Assembly: GCA_048594975.1 (NCBI GenBank)
Contig: JBMDXQ010000104.1
Coordinates: 36,552-100,551, forward strand
DNA: 64,000 bases
Direction of reading: 5' to 3'
Source of the DNA: Vicinamibacterales bacterium
GTDB lineage: Bacteria > Acidobacteriota > Vicinamibacteria > Vicinamibacterales > 2-12-FULL-66-21
Both the position numbers and the translations under genes were made by a program. The stretch's first letter is position 1. Each line of letters starts with the position of its first letter. This document shows positions 16,881 through 33,837 of this stretch, in pieces. The notes under the pieces were generated by a model, which had not been told where the DNA came from, did not search any database, and saw only the letters and a list, made by a program, of their open reading frames with translations.

Positions 16881-18505
16881 CTACTGCTGCGTGATTGCCA
16901 CGGAATGGAGCGTGACGCCGCTCCCCTCGTTCACGTACATCCGGAACTCCACGTCACGGATCTCGCGCGGCTGCTGGAAGCCGACCTCGGCGAGCGTCTC
17001 GCCGTCGGGCGCGATCGAGTTCTTCGCCAGCTGCTCGCGGCAGTCGCGATGGCAGATCTCGACCCAGCCCAGGTCGCTCCTCTGCGCATCCTGGACGGTG
17101 CCGGTCCAGCGCACGCGAAAGGTGCCGGCGCCGAGCGGCGTGCCGGGTCCCATCACCAGGTAACCGGGCCGACCGCTCGACCGGATGACGTTCTGGTCGA
17201 GCGACCCGGCGTGCGTCCAGAAGAGCGGGTTGTTGGCGCGGACCACGGCATCCAGCCGCTGCCGGCCCTTGACGCGATCCTTGAACTGCCGCTGGCGCCA
17301 GTTCAGATCGACCATGTCCTTGAAGCGCGCCCACGAGAAGATCGGCCCGGTGGTCACGCGCAGGATCTGGTCGAAGTACGGCCGGATGATCGGGTCGGTG
17401 ATCAGGTTCCGCCCTGCCCGCCGCGACTCGAGGTAGCCCTCGGGCAGCTCGCGCGTGAAGTGGCTGACCCAGAACTCGAAATAGAACGACGGCGGGATCG
17501 GCAGCCGTGCCAGCAGCGGATCCGACAGCCCGTTGGGATCGATGATGTACTTCGTCGGCCCGGCGTAGAGCCCACCTCGCCGATCCAGGGATGCACGAGG
17601 ACGTGGTCGGGTGACGCGCGCAGGCTGCGCGCCTCGCGCGCCATCGCGTTGTCCGGCTGCCGCTTGAAGACCTCGAAGGTGAGCGGGCTCGCACCGTTGA
17701 TCGTCGCGCCGCGATCGTCCTTGACACCGTTCTGGAAGCGCCAGTTCCAGCCCATCTCGAGCTCGGGGATGGATTTGATCGGCGCCAGCGGGGCGGCGAC
17801 GTTGTACACCACGATCAGGGCGACGGCCGCGAGCGCCGTCGTGGCCTGTTTGGGCAGGTGTGCGAGCACCAGTGCCGACACCAGCAGCGGCGCGGCGAAG
17901 AACCGACCGGCCATGAAGTCGCCGCCCACCCAAATCGTGTAGAAGACGTAGGTGCACACCCCGGCCGCGAGCAGGCGTAGGCGCCCGCCGCCGGCGGCGA
18001 ACGCCACGCCCGCGGCGGCGGCGACGGTCGAGAGCGTCAGCGGATCGAAGCGCAGGCTGCTGACCGTGTACGCGAAGCCCTGGCGCAGCTGGAGCCAGTG
18101 CGGCATGCCGCTCTGCGCCTTCGCGTAGTACGTGTTCGGGAACGGGAAGCCGTAATAGACGATCGCGAAGAGCAGCCACCCCCACACCGGGGCCGAGGCC
18201 AGGACGATCCTGCCACTCCGCCGCCAGCCGAACTGCCGGAACCAGCGCACGAGCAGCCATGCGAGCGTGGGCGCGTAGAGCAGCGCCATATCCGCGCGGT
18301 TCACGAACGCGAGCGACGCGACGAACACGAGGATCGGCAAGGCCAGCACCGGATCGTCGACGCGGTCCCGGCGGCCGAGCGCCAGGGCGATGAAGACGGC
18401 CAGCAGCAGGTAGGTGACGGGGTACTCGAGGCCCGACGACGTGTAGTCGACGAAAGACTTGGAGCTCAGGAGCAGCGCCAGCGCGAGCCAGCCGTCGGCC
18501 GCGGC
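16881..18505 (-). pseudogene. Frameshifted and 5'-truncated polytopic membrane protein (GT-C-type glycosyltransferase-like, tentative)
   Basis: Two track ORFs (17402..18349 and 16881..18260) are halves of one gene. Frame A reads ...SPDHVLVHPWIGEVG, then frame B continues LYAGPTKYIIDPNGLSDPLLARLPIPPSFYFEFW. The switch lies within about 17570-17585. Upstream, the frame is open with no start codon back to 18574 and runs into the oppositely oriented OMP fragment. Confidence 0.6.
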
Positions 18506-19063
18506 GGCATCTTCGATATCAACGGCGGCTACCCGCTGCAGAAGCTCGGCGTGCGCACGAAATACCTGACCGATCTATCTATCGGCGCAGGCTTCACGAA
18601 CTACAGCAGCACCGGCGAGATCCTCGGTGCCGCGTCCATCCCGCACCCGCTGTTCGCGGACCAGCCGCGCTCGGTGGAGCTCGACGGTACGGGCAAGCGT
18701 ACCGAGCGCAGCGTGTACATCCAGGCCGTCTGGTTCATGCCGCTGAAGGATTTCTGGGAGCCGCTCGACAAGGTCGACCTTGCGTTCTCGATCGGTCCGT
18801 CGTTCATCTTCGTCTCGCAGGATGTGTTCGGCGAGCCCTCGGTTCCGCCCGGCACGCAGGACGTGAACGCCAACATCGTGCGCGTCGACGACTCGGCGGT
18901 CGGCCTGTTCGCCGGGGTGGATGCCACCTACATGGTCACGCCGCGGATTGGCGTGGGCGGATTCGTGCGCTACCACGGCGCCGGCGGCGTCGATCTCGCG
19001 CCCGCCGAGAAGCAGAGCACCGGCGGCTTCCAGGGCGGCGGCGGCGCCCGGTTCCGGTTCTGA
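18506..19063 (+). pseudogene. Outer-membrane beta-barrel protein fragment (C-terminal ~185 aa, no start or signal peptide)
   Basis: This is the C-terminal part of track ORF 18098..19063. The sequence IFDINGGYPLQKLGVRTKYLTDLSIGAGFTNY ... GVGGFVRYHGAGGVDL ... GGGGARFRF shows alternating beta-strand character and ends in the aromatic residue typical of OMPs. The upstream part of the ORF is merely antisense to the membrane-protein gene. Confidence 0.5.
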
Positions 19064-19264
19064 TCGACCGACGCGCGCGCGGGTCTCCCGCGCAGCTCTC
19101 CTCTCGCGCGCTTCTGCGGCCGCGGGCCGGATTCTCTCTGGCTCGCGACCGCTGTCCGTTGGATCGACTCTGGCAGCCTGCCTTGACCAACGCCGAGGCG
19201 CATAGTACCTTTCGGTGGTTATACCGCGCACATCTCCGACCACTACCCGGATGCACCACTGCTG

Positions 19265-20389
19265 ATGGCCCAGCCTGCGCCCGGCTCACCGAAAAAGACG
19301 CCGCTCAACGCCCGTCACCGATCGCTGGGCGCGCGCATGGTCGAATTCGGCGGCTGGGACATGCCGGTCGAGTACACGGGAATCGCCGACGAGCACATGG
19401 CGGTGCGCACGCGCGCCGGGCTGTTCGACGTCAGTCACATGGGCCAGATCGAGGTCGCGGGCAGGGACGCGCTGCGGGCAATCCAGCACATCACCAGCAA
19501 TGACGCCGCGAAACTGGCGGTCAACCAGGCGCAGTACTCGGCGCTCACGACCATGGAAGGGACGTTCGTCGACGACGTGCTGACTTACAAGCTGTCAGAC
19601 GAACATTTCATGCTCGTGGTCAACGCGTCGAACATCGTCAAGGACTTCCAGTGGATCGCCGGCCACATCCAGGAAGCCGGTGATGCCGTGGCCGTCAACG
19701 CCAGCTCCCGTTATGCGCTGCTGGCGCTGCAGGGGCCCGCCGCTCTCGAGGTGCTGCAGGCGCTGACCGGCGTGGAGCTCGCGGCCATCAGGTATTACTG
19801 GTTCACGACGGGTGAAGTGGCGGGCGTGCGCGCGACGATCTCGCGGACGGGCTATACCGGCGAGGATGGCTTCGAGGTCTTCGTCCCGCCGAGCGCCGCG
19901 GAGCGCGTCTGGGACGCGGTCCTCTCGGCCGGCAAGCGCGCCGGCGTGGTCCCCGCAGGCCTCGGCGCGCGCGACACCCTGCGGCTCGAAGCCGCGATGC
20001 GCCTGTACGGCAACGACATGGACGAGACGACGTCCGTGCTCGAGGCAGACCTGGGCTGGATCGTCGGCTGGAAGAAGGACGGGTTCATCGGGGCCGACGC
20101 CTTGCGGAGGCAGCGGGCGGAGGGTGTGTCGCGCAAGCTGGTCGGCTTCGAGGTGCTCGAGCGGGCAATCGCGCGGCACGGGTATCCGGTGTACGTGGAC
20201 GGCAGGCAGGCAGGTGTCGTGACGAGCGGCACGCAGACGCCGTACCTGAAGAAGGCGATCGGCATGGCGTACCTGCCGGCCGATCGCGCCACGCCAGGCG
20301 AGGCGTTTGAGATCGACGTCCGCGGCCGGCGCGTCCGCGCGCAGGTCGTGCCCATGCCGTTCTATAGGCGCGAACGGCCGAGCTCCTGA
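19265..20389 (+). CDS. gcvT: Glycine cleavage system aminomethyltransferase T
   Basis: 374 aa. Contains [51 protein letters not shown]. Followed by gcvH and gcvP. Confidence 0.95.
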   Translation: MAQPAPGSPKKTPLNARHRSLGARMVEFGGWDMPVEYTGIADEHMAVRTRAGLFDVSHMGQIEVAGRDALRAIQHITSNDAAKLAVNQAQYSALTTMEGTFVDDVLTYKLSDEHFMLVVNASNIVKDFQWIAGHIQEAGDAVAVNASSRYALLALQGPAALEVLQALTGVELAAIRYYWFTTGEVAGVRATISRTGYTGEDGFEVFVPPSAAERVWDAVLSAGKRAGVVPAGLGARDTLRLEAAMRLYGNDMDETTSVLEADLGWIVGWKKDGFIGADALRRQRAEGVSRKLVGFEVLERAIARHGYPVYVDGRQAGVVTSGTQTPYLKKAIGMAYLPADRATPGEAFEIDVRGRRVRAQVVPMPFYRRERPSS

Positions 20390-20406
20390 CAGCGAAGGAA
20401 CTCACC

Positions 20407-20771
20407 ATGTATCCAACCGATTTGAGTTACACGAAAGACCACGAGTGGGTTCGCATCACGGGCTCCGAGGCGCGGGTCGGTATCACCGACTACGCCCAGA
20501 AGCAGCTCGGCGACGTCGTGTACCTCGAGCTGCCGGAGGTCGGGCGCAGCTTTAATAAAGGAGATGTCTTCGGGACCATCGAGTCGGTCAAGGCGGTCTC
20601 CGAGCTCTACTGTCCGGTGGGCGGGGAAGTAATCGAGGTGAACTCGAAGCTCGTCGAGGGGCCCGAGGCCGTGAACTCTGACCCGCACGGTTCCTGGATG
20701 ATCGTCCTCAAGACCAGCGGGGACGGTGCGGCGGACCTGCTGGACGCGGCGCAGTACACAGACCTCACGAA

Positions 20772-20775
<4 letters not shown>
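20407..20775 (+). CDS. gcvH: Glycine cleavage system H protein (lipoyl carrier)
   Basis: 122 aa. [10 protein letters not shown], and the lipoyl-lysine motif region [17 protein letters not shown]. Confidence 0.95.
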
Positions 20776-23671
<2,896 letters not shown>

Positions 23672-23675
<4 letters not shown>

Positions 23676-24565
23676 GGCGTGACCTGAACTTTCGTCATCT
23701 CCCGGGCGCGGCGGCGGTAGCCGTCGAGCAGCGTCAGGGTGATCGCGCCCGGCCTGCCGTTGCCGACGACCCGGTCGTCGATTCGCGTCACCGGGCTGAG
23801 CTCGCGGGTGGTGCTGGTCACGAAGACCTCGTCGGCGGTGTCGAGGTCCCCGGGATAGAGCGTCTCGTCGCGAACCTCGACGCCGATCGCGCGGCCGACC
23901 TCGAACACGAAGGCGCGCGTAATACCCTCGAGCAGTCCCGCCTCGGATTTCGGCGTCAACACCACGCCCCTGCGCACCATGAAGACGTTCGATTGCGCGC
24001 ACTCCGACAGCTCGCCGCGGTAGTTGCACATCAGGGCTTCCTCGGCTCCGCGGCGGTAGGCCTCCTGCATCGCCAGCGCGTTGTTGAGCAGGTTGTTCGA
24101 CTTGATGATCGGGTTGACCGACGCCGGGTGGTTCCGCATCACCGGGACGAGCGCAATCCTGATGCCCTCCTCGACCATCCGTGCCGGCGGCTCGTCGAGC
24201 GGCTTGACGATGATGACCAGCGTGGGCGTGGGCGTGGCCCTGACGTCGTAGGTGAGATCGCCGACGCCGCGGGTGTGGAGAATGCGGATGTAGGCCTCGT
24301 CGAGCGCGCCGGCGGTCCGCATCGTGTCGTCGATCCAGCCGCGGAGCGCCGCGTCCGTGTAGGGGACGTCGAGGTGCAGGGAGCCGGCGGACGCGCGCAG
24401 CCGCCGCACGTGGCGGTCGTAGAGGAAGGGAACGCGGTTGTAGGTGCGCAGCGTCTCGTAGACGCCCTCGCCGTAGAGAAAGCCGTGGTCGTACACCGGC
24501 ACGGTCGCCTCGGCGGCGGGGCGAATCACCCCGTTCACGTAGACCGCCCCGCGAACGGCCGTCAT
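23672..24565 (-). CDS. Class IV (fold type IV) aminotransferase, branched-chain/D-amino-acid aminotransferase family
   Basis: 297 aa. Contains [35 protein letters not shown] and [14 protein letters not shown]. Convergent with gcvP, with stop codons overlapping. Confidence 0.85.
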
Positions 24566-24603
24566 TGACCGCAGTCTAGCACAAGCAGTACGCTCGCCCT
24601 TCG

Positions 24604-26178
24604 ATGCGCGTCCTCAACACGCAGCAGATGCGCGAAGCGGATCGGCGGACTATCGAGGAGATCGGGCTGCCCTCGATCGTGCTGATGGAGAACGCCGGCC
24701 GCCAGGCGGTCGCGGCGATGGAAGCAGCGTTCGACGATCTGGCGACCAGCCACGTCGCGGTGCTGTGCGGCCGCGGCAACAACGGCGGCGACGGGTTCGT
24801 GGTCGCGCGGACGCTGGCGCAGCGCGGCATCGAGTCCACCGTGTTCCTGCTCGGGAGCGTCGCCGACGTGCGCGGTGACGCGCGCACCAACCTCGAGGTG
24901 CTCGGGCGCATCGGCCTGGGCGTCGTCGAGATCGCCAACGCGCAGGACTGGGAGCTGCACTTCAGCGAGGTCTCCGCCTGCGACATGGTTGTCGACGCGC
25001 TGCTCGGGACGGGGTTCAGCGGCGCGCTCACCGGGCTGCTCGAGACGGTGGTGGCCGACGTCAACGGCCTCGGCGTCCCGATCGTGTCGATCGATCTGCC
25101 GACCGGCGTCTCCGCCGACTCGCACCTGGTGGCGGGCACCGCCGTCGAGGCGTCGATGACCGTCACTCTGGCGGCACCGAAGATCCCGCTCGTCGTTCCG
25201 CCCGCCGACTCGCACGGCGGCGATCTGGTGATCGCGGACATCGGCATCCCGCCGCCGGTGATCGACGAGCTCGAGGGCCCCTACGTGGAGCTGCTGACGC
25301 GCGAGCGGATGCGCGAGCTGGTCCCGGCGCGGGCCGCCGACTCGCACAAGGGTGACTTCGGGCACGTCCTGATCGTGGCGGGCTCGTTCGGGAAGAGCGG
25401 CGCGGCGCACCTGACGGCGCTTGGCGCGCTGCGCTCCGGCGCCGGCCTGGTGACCGTGGCCACGCCGCGGTCGGCGCTGCCGATCCTGGCGGCGATGGGC
25501 GCGGAGTACATGACCGAGCCGCTGGAGGAGACGGCGGCCGGCACGGTCGATTTCGCCGCGCTCGACCGCGTCTTCGAACTGAGGGCGGACGTGATCGCCG
25601 TCGGGCCGGGGCTCGGCCGGGCGCCCTCGACGGCCGCATTCGTCCACGGCCTCGTGGAGCGCGCCGGTGTGCCGCTCGTCGTCGACGCGGACGCGTTGAA
25701 CGCGTTCGCCGGCGACCCAGACCGGCTGGTCGGCCGCGACGGGGTGGACGTCGTCGTCACGCCGCATCCAGGGGAGATGGCGCGGCTGCTCAACGTCACC
25801 GTTGAAACCGTGCAGAACGATCGCCTGAACTCTGCTCGTGAGTTCGCCGCCGGCCACCGTGTGCACGTTGTGCTGAAGGGCCACCGCACGGTCATCGCCG
25901 GTCCGGACAACCGCGTCTTCATCAACCTCACCGGCAACGCCGGCATGGCAACCGGCGGCACCGGCGACCTGCTCACGGGGATGATAGCCGCCTGGCTGGC
26001 GCAGCTCCTCGACGCCGAGGCGGCGTGCAAGCTCGCCGTGTACCTGCACGGCACGGCCGGCGACCTCGCGGAGGCGGACGAGGGGGATGTCGCGCTCATC
26101 GCCAGCGACATCGCCAACCACCTGGGCGACGCGGTGCTCGAGCTGACCGCCCGCCGCCGGGTGAAACGAGAGCAATGA
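24604..26178 (+). CDS. nnr: Bifunctional NAD(P)H-hydrate repair enzyme (epimerase + ADP-dependent dehydratase)
   Basis: 524 aa. YjeF_N part contains GRGNNGGDGFVVAR. The C-terminal kinase-like part contains HKGDFGHVLIVAGS, IAVGPGLG and GTGDLLTGMIAAWLAQ. Confidence 0.9.
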   Translation: MRVLNTQQMREADRRTIEEIGLPSIVLMENAGRQAVAAMEAAFDDLATSHVAVLCGRGNNGGDGFVVARTLAQRGIESTVFLLGSVADVRGDARTNLEVLGRIGLGVVEIANAQDWELHFSEVSACDMVVDALLGTGFSGALTGLLETVVADVNGLGVPIVSIDLPTGVSADSHLVAGTAVEASMTVTLAAPKIPLVVPPADSHGGDLVIADIGIPPPVIDELEGPYVELLTRERMRELVPARAADSHKGDFGHVLIVAGSFGKSGAAHLTALGALRSGAGLVTVATPRSALPILAAMGAEYMTEPLEETAAGTVDFAALDRVFELRADVIAVGPGLGRAPSTAAFVHGLVERAGVPLVVDADALNAFAGDPDRLVGRDGVDVVVTPHPGEMARLLNVTVETVQNDRLNSAREFAAGHRVHVVLKGHRTVIAGPDNRVFINLTGNAGMATGGTGDLLTGMIAAWLAQLLDAEAACKLAVYLHGTAGDLAEADEGDVALIASDIANHLGDAVLELTARRRVKREQ

Positions 26179-26275
26179 GCAGCAGACATCCCGAACTGGC
26201 GAATCTCGAGCACGCGCGAAGCGCTCCCACAAGAGAGGCGAGCGTAAAGCGCGTCGGCATGGGGCCCCACGCGCA

Positions 26276-26749
26276 TTGAACAAAAGAGGGCAGAAGGACC
26301 GGGTGTCTTCTCGCGAGGCGGTCGTCACGGCATGCGAGGATGAAACCGCAGCGGTCGCGGAGCGACTCGCCGCGACGCTGCAAACGGGCGACCTGATCCT
26401 GCTCTACGGCGAGCTCGGGGCGGGTAAGACGGCGTTCGTCCGCGGCCTCGCCCGCGGCCTCGGGGCGCCCGAGTCGGATGTCTCGAGCCCGACGTTCACG
26501 ATCATCCAGGAGTACGGAGGACGGCTCCCGTTCTACCACGTCGACCTGTATCGCCTTGAGCCGCCCGAGGTCGAGGACCTCGGACTCGAGGAGCTCGTAT
26601 CGAGCGAGGGCGTCGTCGCGATCGAATGGGCGGAGCGCTGGGAAGGCCGGCCGGACGATGTCATCGAGGTCCGGCTGGAGTACGCCGGAGAGGATCGGCG
26701 GCGCATCGTCGTCTCGGGAACCAGGAACCAGCCTTCCGGCAGCGGTTGA
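26276..26749 (+). CDS. tsaE: tRNA t6A37 biosynthesis ATPase TsaE
   Basis: Contains ILLYGELGAGKTAFVRGLARGLG, SPTFTIIQEY and YHVDLYRL. The start is uncertain: TTG at 26276, or GTG at 26303 with AGGA upstream. Confidence 0.85.
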   Translation: MNKRGQKDRVSSREAVVTACEDETAAVAERLAATLQTGDLILLYGELGAGKTAFVRGLARGLGAPESDVSSPTFTIIQEYGGRLPFYHVDLYRLEPPEVEDLGLEELVSSEGVVAIEWAERWEGRPDDVIEVRLEYAGEDRRRIVVSGTRNQPSGSG

Positions 26750-26762
26750 GTGGTCCCCGCCT

Positions 26763-27344
26763 TCAGAACCGATTCCGCGGGTTCAGCCGCAGCGTGAAGT
26801 CGACGTGCTGGACGCCGCCCTCGCGCCGCACCTGGCACGCCCGGCTGCGCTCCTGCGTCGGCAGGCGAGGATCGTCAGCGAACCGCAGTTCGTCAGCCCA
26901 GTAGCGACGCCCGTCAGGCAGGAAGATCTGCAGGTGCACGTGCTGCGGGATGGTGCTGCCCGGATAGCCACCCGGGCGAATGGTCGTGAACTCGAAGCTG
27001 CCGTCCGGCGCCGTCTGCGCCCATCCTCTCAGACGCCACGAGTGCGGGCCGGCGCCCGGTCTGTCATAAAGACCCTCCCGGTCCGTCTGGTAGGCGAAGA
27101 CGACGGCGCCTGCCATCGGGCTGGTGCCGTCCTCCGCCACCGCTCGCCCGTGGATGACCAGCGGATCGCCAGGCTCCGAGGGAGGCGCGATCCGCGCCTT
27201 CGCGGAGAGCGTGGCAGGACGCCCGCGCTGCGCCGCTTCGAGCGCACGCACGAACTCGCGATCCTGCGCGTACGTGATGAACGGTCGGAAAACAGTGACG
27301 AATGCCGGCGCCGAGAGCGCAGCGAGAAACAGCCGTCGGTGCAT
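26763..27344 (-). CDS. Secreted intradiol ring-cleavage dioxygenase-like protein
   Basis: 193 aa with a signal-like N-terminus. Contains GRAVAEDGTSPMAGAVVFAYQTDREGLY, LRGWAQTAPDGSFEFTTIRPGGYP and IPQHVHLQI. These resemble the dioxygenase_C fold pattern. Confidence 0.6.
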   Translation of the reverse strand: MHRRLFLAALSAPAFVTVFRPFITYAQDREFVRALEAAQRGRPATLSAKARIAPPSEPGDPLVIHGRAVAEDGTSPMAGAVVFAYQTDREGLYDRPGAGPHSWRLRGWAQTAPDGSFEFTTIRPGGYPGSTIPQHVHLQIFLPDGRRYWADELRFADDPRLPTQERSRACQVRREGGVQHVDFTLRLNPRNRF

Positions 27345-27527
27345 GAGCGCCTCCCTCGCGCTTAAGACGACGGCGGCACGGAAATGTTAGCCGGCTCAGA
27401 TCGTGTTTCTTGCGCGTGCGGTCACCCACGCCGGCAACCGATCGTCCGCGAGGTCACCACAGGGAAAGCCGAGATCGACTCCCGGCGGCGGCCCTCCGGC
27501 CTGCGAGAACCGAGGTCTGACCCCCGG

Positions 27528-29096
<1,569 letters not shown>

Positions 29097-29204
29097 CTAC
29101 GAGCTGCGGGCGCCGTTGCGCCTCGCGCACGAGCGCGTGGCACGCACCACGCAAGACGGACGCACGTGGCCCGTGACCCCGTTGCACGTCGCACGTGACA
29201 CGCA

Positions 29205-32129
<2,925 letters not shown>

Positions 32130-32274
32130 CAGAGCGGAGGTCGGTCAGGGGTATCCCGCTATTGTACGCGAAAGGCGAGGATTGGCGAATCCACGGGACG
32201 GGCGATCAACGGGCGGCGGATCGTGCGCCGCACCAGTAGCCGCATCAGCCGGGCACGACCGTCGATCGCGAATG

Positions 32275-33201
32275 CTACGGCCTGGTGAGCAGGGTCAACG
32301 GGTTGGTCAGTTTCCCGTTGACGACGATCTCGTAATGGAGGTGCGGTCCCTTGGAGCGGCCGGTTGAGCCGACGTACCCGATGGTGTCGCCACGCCGCAC
32401 CTGGCGGCCGCTCGTGACCGCGAACCGCGACAGGTGCCCGTAGCGGGTGACGATCCCGAACCCGTGATCAATCACGACCAGGTTGCCGTAGGCGCCGCCG
32501 TGGCCCGCGCTCGCCACTGTGCCGTCGGCGGTAGCGACGACGGCGCGCCCGTTGTTGGCTGAGATGTCCAGACCCGGGTGGAAATCGGATCTACCGTTGA
32601 ACGGATCCTGGCGGCTGCCGTAGCCGGACGACAGCCAGCCGGTAACCGGCCAGATCGACGGCGTTGCCGAGACGAGCGCCTGGCGCCGCTCGACGCCGTT
32701 GCGCACGTTGGCGAGCCGTTGCTCGATCGCGCCCAGCAGTTCGCGCACCACGCCGAGCGTCGTGTCCGGCGAGGTGAAGGCGGCTTCCAGCACCGGGGCG
32801 CCGGCCGCCGTGGCGGTGCCGCCACCCATGGCGCGGGACTTCACCGCCGAGGGCAGCCGCTCCATCGCACGCCCCGCCGCCGGGTCCACGCGCGCACGCA
32901 CACCCAGATCGTCCACCGCCTGTTGCAGCGACGCGACCTGCGCCACGAGCTCCCCGGTCGCCTCGCGGTAGCTCGCGTTCTCCTGTTCGAGCGCGGCGTT
33001 TTCGCGCAGCACGTCGGAGATTGTCGCCTGCGCGCTCCAGCGCGCACCCAGCCCCATGAGGACGGGGAGCGCCAGAATCGCGGCCGCCGCGGCGATCGTT
33101 GGCCGCACCGAGATCGTGAAGCGCCGGACCACACCAGCGGTTCGATCCGCGAGGATGATGGAGTAACGTCGGCCAGCCACGGGAACGACGCACTGTACCA
33201 C
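32275..33201 (-). CDS. M23 family metallopeptidase (peptidoglycan endopeptidase) with coiled-coil N-terminal region
   Basis: Contains FHPGLDISA, DGTVASAG, GNLVVIDHGFGIVTRYGHLS and GSTGRSKGPHLHYEI. An N-terminal TM segment is present. Confidence 0.85.
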   Translation of the reverse strand: MVQCVVPVAGRRYSIILADRTAGVVRRFTISVRPTIAAAAAILALPVLMGLGARWSAQATISDVLRENAALEQENASYREATGELVAQVASLQQAVDDLGVRARVDPAAGRAMERLPSAVKSRAMGGGTATAAGAPVLEAAFTSPDTTLGVVRELLGAIEQRLANVRNGVERRQALVSATPSIWPVTGWLSSGYGSRQDPFNGRSDFHPGLDISANNGRAVVATADGTVASAGHGGAYGNLVVIDHGFGIVTRYGHLSRFAVTSGRQVRRGDTIGYVGSTGRSKGPHLHYEIVVNGKLTNPLTLLTRP

Positions 33202-33577
33202 AACCGTTCTCTCGGAGCCAACCCCAGCCGTAGACGTATCTCGTTTGGGCGTCTGCGGTTGCGGTGCGGACTGGACGGGAGGGCTTGCAGTGACTGGCGT
33301 CGACGTCGTCTATGCGATTAATTTCGTCAGGGCTTGCGATCGCCGTACTCCTGCCCGTCGCCACGGCGCGAGCAGGCCCCATTTCCGTCAAAGTCGCCGC
33401 CACGAGTTCGCCGCCGGCACGGCGAGCGAGGGCTGGTTCGCTTTCGATCTCGGCACCATCGAGATCGAGATGCCGAGTGCGCTCTCGACCGGCTCGCTGC
33501 TCGTCGAAGGTCTCCATGCTCGCTCAGGACGGGCAGCTCGATCAGGTGCTGCGGGTGGCGACGGTCGCGCGACCTGA

Positions 33578-33836
33578 GGTTCCTCGGGTTCCGGGGTTCC
33601 GGGGTTCCTGGGTTCCTGGGCTCAGAGTGCCGACGGTTCCGCTGTTCCAGCGGTCCCAGAAGTTCCGGGGTTCGTCTGGGTCTCCAACTCCTGGCTGACA
33701 ACCGAATCGTGAACCCGGAACTCGCGGAACCGCCGGAACCATGGAACCGCCGGAACCCATGGAACGGCCGGAACCCTTCCGGAACCCCGGAACCGCAGGA
33801 CTCACGGAACCACTGGGCCCTCGGATCCCCGGAACC
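33578..33836. repeat. Orientation-switching hexamer array: GGTTCC copies (left arm) facing GGAACC copies (right arm)
   Basis: Exact GGTTCC begins at 33578, 33587, 33595, 33603, 33611 and 33635, with degenerate copies up to about 33674. Exact GGAACC begins at 33726, 33735, 33743, 33752, 33770, 33781, 33789, 33806 and 33831, with degenerate copies from 33710. The two hexamers are reverse complements. The array abuts the comM stop (33838). Confidence 0.85.
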
Positions 33837-33837
33837 C

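Noticed and set aside
19064-19264. Possible glycine riboswitch upstream of gcvT
   Set aside because: It is expected biologically. However, I cannot find the conserved cores (CUCUGGAGAG, CACCGAAGGGGCAA, CUCAGGCAAAAGGAC). There are only loose resemblances (two CTCTGGC 35 nt apart; ACGCCGAGGCGCA). A covariance-model scan (Rfam RF00504) would settle it.
33245-33698. Possible small secreted protein gene upstream of the hexamer array (signal-peptide-like MRLISSGLAIAVLLPVATARA in one frame, plausible EFAAGTASEGWFAFDLGTIEIEMPSALSTGSLLVEGL in another)
   Set aside because: It needs two frame changes to be read as one protein, has no family resemblance, and its C-terminus would run into the GGTTCC repeats. 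At best it is a decayed remnant. Not reported as a feature.
33578-33836. CRISPR array (also considered for 52417..52529)
   Set aside because: The repeat units are only 6-9 nt (or 6-19 nt at 52.4 kb), with no unique spacers of 25-40 nt. No cas genes are in the window.
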